Source: a virus (Duplodnaviria; Caudoviricetes). Taken from it: a stretch of 48,649 nucleotides of DNA. Location: positions 1 through 48,649 of the IMG/VR virus record IMGVR_UViG_3300044911_000889, one strand, 5' to 3'. Positions 45,035-48,649 of this stretch are shown piece by piece; the stretch's first letter is position 1; each line of letters opens with the position of its first letter. The notes beneath the pieces were generated by a model. That model had not been told where the DNA came from, made no database searches, and saw only the letters and a program-made list of their open reading frames with translations. The position numbers and the translations under genes are program-made.

Positions 45035-46528
45035 TCAGATCAATTTGTTGATGACAGAGTCGCTGATGCAGGACTCGAAAACACTTTGCAGGGCCACCGC
45101 AGATTCGGCAGGCTGAGCGGCGGCGATGGTGGCATCCCATGCAGCGCGGACAGGCAGGACCGCCAGCGCCTCGATAAATGCCATGACGTTGCGGATGCTG
45201 GGGGCATCGATGATCTCCCCTGCCTGGACCTTGGCCCGTGCGACACCGATTGCGTCCAGCACATAAGCCGCAAGCTTTTCGGAGCAGCCGGTACGCTTGA
45301 CCACCGCCTCGATCTCGACTGCGCGGGGCAGGAATGTCATATGCACCACCTGACCGAAACGATTGAGCAGCGGCGCACCCTGGGCGCGGGTGCCAGCATA
45401 GCGTCCGGTCTGGTCACCATTGCCAAGAGTATTGTCAGCGGCCAGGATCATGACACCGGGGGCCTTAGACCAGACCTTGCCGCCGAACGTCACCGCAGCG
45501 CTCGGTTCCAGAAACCCGTTTAAAGCATTCAGGACGCCGGGGTCAGCGTTAGTGATCTCATCGAGCAGGATCACGCTACCAGGGGTTGAATAAGCCTTGA
45601 GGAAGGGTCCGGGTTCGAAAGCGGTCGAACCGTTGTCCAGGCCAGTCGCGCCCAGGAAGTCCTCGACAGTGCTGAATCGTTGAAAGTTGATACGTGTAAA
45701 CGCACGGCCAGTGCGAGCGGCGAATTGTCGGGCAGTCTCGCTTTTGCCTGCGCCCTTTTCACCGCCCAGCCAAATGTTAGCCAGGGTGCTGCTGGCAGAA
45801 GATGCCAGTAGCAGGTGCCGCAGGATCTCCTCAGTCCAGACAAAGCAAGGATCGATGGCGGGGGCATCGGCGCGGTGCCAGTGCGTGAGGTTCATCACCT
45901 GGGCCTTTGCATCGGTCACCCGGACACCGAATGCAATCTCCGAGTCAACGATCTGGCAGGCTGACAGGATAGAGGCAGTGTCGGCCACCTGGGTTTCGAC
46001 ACCGGCGGCAACCACCGCCGATTTAAACGCACCGAAGGCAGCATCCACCTGAGCAGCCACGGCGGCATCGATGGCGGTCTGATCGATGGTGACCTTAGGC
46101 TGAGCAGCCAGGGCAGTGATCTGATCGGACAGGGTGGTGAGACTGTCATTGAAAGCAACATTGACCCTGCCCTGCCCATCGCGCAATTTGTTCATCTCGC
46201 GGCTAAAGTCGGACACCCCATCTGTCACCCTGGAGCTAAGCGCCGACAGCCGAGCGCCAAGGGCATTGGCCTGATCCTCGATATGCTGGCGCAGGGCAGC
46301 ATCCACAGTATTGAGCATGATGGCGTCCACCGCCTGAGGCGCAGCAGCCGCAGCAGCGCGGCGCAGGTCGGCCAGGGTCAGGCCCCTGTCGAGGGCCAGT
46401 TTTGCCAGATCATGGCAGGCCACCGATTTCTTGGTGGGGATCTGGTCATGCGGGTAATACCTGCGCCAAACGTCCGACACCTCAGCGGTGGACAGGGCGG
46501 CAATCTCATTGAATGTTGCGATAGTCAT
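45035..46528 (-). CDS. MoxR/CobS/CbbQ-like AAA+ ATPase with N-terminal coiled coil
   Basis: Walker A GEKGAGKS; Walker B ILLDE; AADNTLGNGD..GRYAG; L.NRF; PSIR. Confidence 0.9.
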   Translation of the reverse strand: MTIATFNEIAALSTAEVSDVWRRYYPHDQIPTKKSVACHDLAKLALDRGLTLADLRRAAAAAAPQAVDAIMLNTVDAALRQHIEDQANALGARLSALSSRVTDGVSDFSREMNKLRDGQGRVNVAFNDSLTTLSDQITALAAQPKVTIDQTAIDAAVAAQVDAAFGAFKSAVVAAGVETQVADTASILSACQIVDSEIAFGVRVTDAKAQVMNLTHWHRADAPAIDPCFVWTEEILRHLLLASSASSTLANIWLGGEKGAGKSETARQFAARTGRAFTRINFQRFSTVEDFLGATGLDNGSTAFEPGPFLKAYSTPGSVILLDEITNADPGVLNALNGFLEPSAAVTFGGKVWSKAPGVMILAADNTLGNGDQTGRYAGTRAQGAPLLNRFGQVVHMTFLPRAVEIEAVVKRTGCSEKLAAYVLDAIGVARAKVQAGEIIDAPSIRNVMAFIEALAVLPVRAAWDATIAAAQPAESAVALQSVFESCISDSVINKLI

Positions 46529-46557
46529 GATGGTTTCCTTTTTGATAATGGGGGGGA

Positions 46558-47169
46558 TCAGGCAAGGGTGAAAACGTCACCGCAGACACAGGTGGGCAGA
46601 CCCTTAGCAGCCCACTTAGCGGTCAATCGAATGGTGTAGCCGCAGCCGCACACTGCCTTGAGCATCCGGGTAGGCTGAGTCTTAGCCTCGGATCTCATGT
46701 TCAATTTGGCATGAGGGTATGCACCCAGGCCCGACAGCACTGCCTGATAGCGGGTGTCGAATGAGGCATTCCCTTTAGTGGCTTTCCATGAGGCGGCAAG
46801 GGGCATCAGGCCGACAGACACGCAGGCAGCACCGAATCGGGCGCCATGATTCATATGTCCGCAGGCATGGACTAGCTCATGCACCAGCACCTCAAGCACG
46901 GCGCGAGGCTGATCCACTGTAGGGGATACAAGAATCTCGACTGTGCGGTCAGCGCTCGCCTTAGCAGACCAGCACTCACCGATAGCGCCTGAGCGCTTAG
47001 CATTGGACGGGAAGCCGCAGGAAACCCGCACCTGGGGGACAGACAGACCAGCAGCAGCAAAGGCCGGGGTCAGTGCCACCACTGCGGCCAGCAGCCAGTC
47101 CTCACGGGTGCTATGCACCCCAATGGTATCGTCGATCATCAGGTCATCGGTCATGGTGTCATCTAGCAT
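46558..47169 (-). CDS. SprT-like zinc metalloprotease with C-terminal Zn ribbon
   Basis: TRE.WL, IGECW, LVHELVH...H...F, CGCG...CVCG; RBS GGAGA. Confidence 0.8.
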   Translation of the reverse strand: MLDDTMTDDLMIDDTIGVHSTREDWLLAAVVALTPAFAAAGLSVPQVRVSCGFPSNAKRSGAIGECWSAKASADRTVEILVSPTVDQPRAVLEVLVHELVHACGHMNHGARFGAACVSVGLMPLAASWKATKGNASFDTRYQAVLSGLGAYPHAKLNMRSEAKTQPTRMLKAVCGCGYTIRLTAKWAAKGLPTCVCGDVFTLA

Positions 47170-47220
47170 ATTAGAGGTCTCCAGGTTGGGCACTAGACAC
47201 AAGCGCTAGCGCAGGCTTGC

Positions 47221-47250
47221 ATTCTAGTACTAGACATCATGTAAATGCAA
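47221..47250 (-). promoter_or_regulatory. sigma70 promoter of the SprT-AAA-vWA operon
   Basis: Minus strand TTGCAT-18 nt-TAGAAT. Confidence 0.65.
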
Positions 47251-47434
47251 TAGCCCCACGGATCAGTCGGGTTTAAAGATCTGAGGGTGACTGCCTGGGG
47301 CTGTAAATCTAGGGTGAGTCCGTGCTGGAAAGCATATGTAAACAATATGTAAATTCAGAACAGATTTGAGGCGTTTTTTGGGGTCCAAGCTACCTACCCC
47401 TTACCCAAGGTCCGATCGCGTCTCCTGGGCCGTT

Positions 47435-47451
47435 TTCACCATTTTGGTGCA
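47435..47451. promoter_or_regulatory. NtrC-like binding site
   Basis: TTCACCATTTTGGTGCA versus consensus TGCACCAnnnTGGTGCA (1 mismatch). Confidence 0.5.
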
Positions 47452-47489
47452 TAAGTTATCCACAGGGTTATGCACAGGCACTATCCACA
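47446..47489. promoter_or_regulatory. Cluster of four DnaA boxes
   Basis: TTATCCACA 47456, TTATGCACA 47468, CTATCCACA 47481, reverse TTATGCACC 47446-47454. Confidence 0.75.
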
Positions 47490-47517
47490 GGCTGACTGTG
47501 AGTTTTCATTGGGGAAT

Positions 47518-47532
47518 GCTTAAAAAGTAGGC
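47518..47532. promoter_or_regulatory. Fis-like binding site
   Basis: GCTTAAAAAGTAGGC fits G-n-n-Y-A-(A/T core)-T-R-n-n-C. Confidence 0.45.
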
Positions 47533-47550
47533 AAAGGGCCGGGAAAAGGG

Positions 47551-47579
47551 TTGACCTGACCTATTAAAAGATAGAGAAT
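47551..47579 (+). promoter_or_regulatory. Putative sigma70 promoter for the terS-like gene
   Basis: TTGACC-17 nt-GAGAAT. Confidence 0.5.
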
Positions 47580-47584
47580 TTAGG

Positions 47585-47635
47585 CTGTAAATGCGTACAG
47601 TGCTGGACAAACGGACAGGCTGTAGATTCATACAG
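47585..47635. promoter_or_regulatory. Three tandem LexA (SOS) boxes
   Basis: CTGTaaatgcgtACAG 47585, CTGGacaaacggACAG 47603, CTGTagattcatACAG 47620. Confidence 0.8.
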
Positions 47636-47653
47636 TATGGAAGGAAACACAGT

Positions 47654-48331
47654 ATGGGCAAGCGGAGCAGCCAGGACTATCAGGCGATGTTGGATCAGGC
47701 AGGCGATGAGGCCGAGCAGGCGGTGTCAGACCAGCAATTGCAAGACCTGATCGACCAGCGTTTAAACGCATTAGGCGCTGGCATCAGTGATGTGGGGGAA
47801 CCAGAGGCAGCGGCGGCAGCAGCAGATGGACCAAGGCTAAGAATCGATGGGCAGGCAGCAGGATCTGAGATCCCAAGGGGCAGACCAATTACACCGTCAA
47901 TGATTCGCTTTGCCCAGGGCGTCATAGAGGGAAAGAGTAGACGACAGGCATACCGTGATGCTTACCCGAACGCAAAGGGCGCAGATGCAACCATCAGCGC
48001 TTGCGCCCACAGGCTAAGCAAAGACCCAAGGGTAAAGCAGATGATCCAGACAGGGTGGGATGAGACCGCCGAGGAACTGGCGGATGACAGGGCGGCGCAG
48101 ATCAGGTATGTCAACAGGGCGCTTGTTGCGCTGAGCAAAACAGGGAAGCAGGAAGGCACTCGCCTCAGGGCATTGGAACTGCTAGGCAGGGCAGCAGGTA
48201 TGTACCGTGAGCAGCAGGCAGAGACCGACAAACCACTGACCGCTGAACAACTGAGGCAGGAACTGACAGGGCATTTAAAGCTAGTGTCTATTGCCAAACC
48301 CAAGGCAGCGTCAGGGGGAAGCAGCGTTTAA
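47654..48331 (+). CDS. Terminase small subunit-like protein
   Basis: T....RFA.....G.S...AYR.AY......A.RL..DP.V and RL.ALELLG...GM motifs; RBS GGAAGG supports ATG 47654. Confidence 0.75.
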   Translation: MGKRSSQDYQAMLDQAGDEAEQAVSDQQLQDLIDQRLNALGAGISDVGEPEAAAAAADGPRLRIDGQAAGSEIPRGRPITPSMIRFAQGVIEGKSRRQAYRDAYPNAKGADATISACAHRLSKDPRVKQMIQTGWDETAEELADDRAAQIRYVNRALVALSKTGKQEGTRLRALELLGRAAGMYREQQAETDKPLTAEQLRQELTGHLKLVSIAKPKAASGGSSV

Positions 48332-48432
48332 ACCAGGGGGATTCTGTACTCAAATCCAGCACAATCAACGACCCACCGGAGGGGGGAGGGGGCATTTTGC
48401 GCGTGACGGCCCCGCTCGCGTATACGCTCTAA

Positions 48433-48468
48433 TCCACACAAACGATTCCCTCCTCCACACAAACGATT
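48433..48468 (+). repeat. 15-bp direct repeat with 21-bp period
   Basis: TCCACACAAACGATT at 48433 and 48454. Confidence 0.9.
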
Positions 48469-48582
48469 GCTTCAAATCCAGAAACCCCCCCCCCCCATCA
48501 ATTCCAAATCGCACACCCCCTGGGGGTATATAAAATTTAAATGCGAACATTGGGTTATACTGTGTTCGTTTAAATGGAAGCT

Positions 48583-48649
48583 ATGATGAGTGAAGATTTG
48601 AAAGATTATGCGTATCCGACCATGATGGCAGAGAAGGCTTTGAAGAAGC
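48583..48649 (+). CDS. Start of a small conserved phage protein, truncated by the window end (MMSEDLKDYAYPTMMAEKALKK)
   Basis: Open to the window edge; TATACT at 48556 and GGAAG upstream. Confidence 0.5.
   Translation, partial: MMSEDLKDYAYPTMMAEKALKK

Noticed and set aside
43148-45523. Long + strand ORFs of 373 and 280 aa
   Set aside because: Antisense shadows of the GC-rich vWA and AAA genes, with no motifs or RBS
43388-46528. Cobalamin biosynthesis auxiliary metabolic genes (cobS/cobT)
   Set aside because: Only generic MoxR-AAA/vWA features; no cobN or other pathway genes
1-48649. Stop-codon reassignment or prophage attachment sites
   Set aside because: The standard code gives dense, coupled ORFs using all three stops; no integrase, host genes or att-like repeats are visible

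Overview
This is a ~48.6 kb piece of a tailed dsDNA phage genome with podovirus-like gene order. The host is probably a beta/gammaproteobacterium, inferred from CTGT-N8-ACAG LexA boxes. 1-30.9 kb (+) is the late module: adaptor and tail proteins, an S74-chaperoned tail fibre, two free-standing homing endonucleases, holin and GH24 endolysin, a tail stabilisation protein, three internal-virion-like proteins and a 3060-aa polyvalent protein (HExxH peptidase, HhH-glycosylase-like, two ADP-ribosyltransferase-like and LPD38-like regions). 30.9-38.8 kb (-) holds many small genes plus ParB-like, SSB-like, Sak annealase and PD-(D/E)xK nuclease genes. 38.9-42.6 kb (+) holds RusA, an 825-bp structured non-coding region and a T7gp4/Twinkle-like primase-helicase. 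42.7-47.2 kb (-) is a GC-rich SprT-like/MoxR-AAA/vWA operon. It is followed by a divergent control region and a small-terminase-like gene. No portal, capsid, TerL, DNA polymerase, integrase, RT or CRISPR is visible in the window. The most unusual signals are: (1) a ~300-bp control region tiled with host transcription-factor sites (3 LexA, 4 DnaA, NtrC-like, Fis-like, response-regulator repeat); (2) a dispersed palindrome CGTTTAAACG, ~27 half or full copies, concentrated in the right 9 kb; (3) three RBS-bearing +1-frame ORFs overprinted in linkers of the giant protein, whose domains are separated by repeated [KR]xS[LI]R motifs; (4) candidate ncRNAs at 39.25-39.9 kb, including a pseudoknotted RNA and a putative multi-target anti-RBS sRNA. 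All family assignments come from motif recognition by eye, not from database searches.
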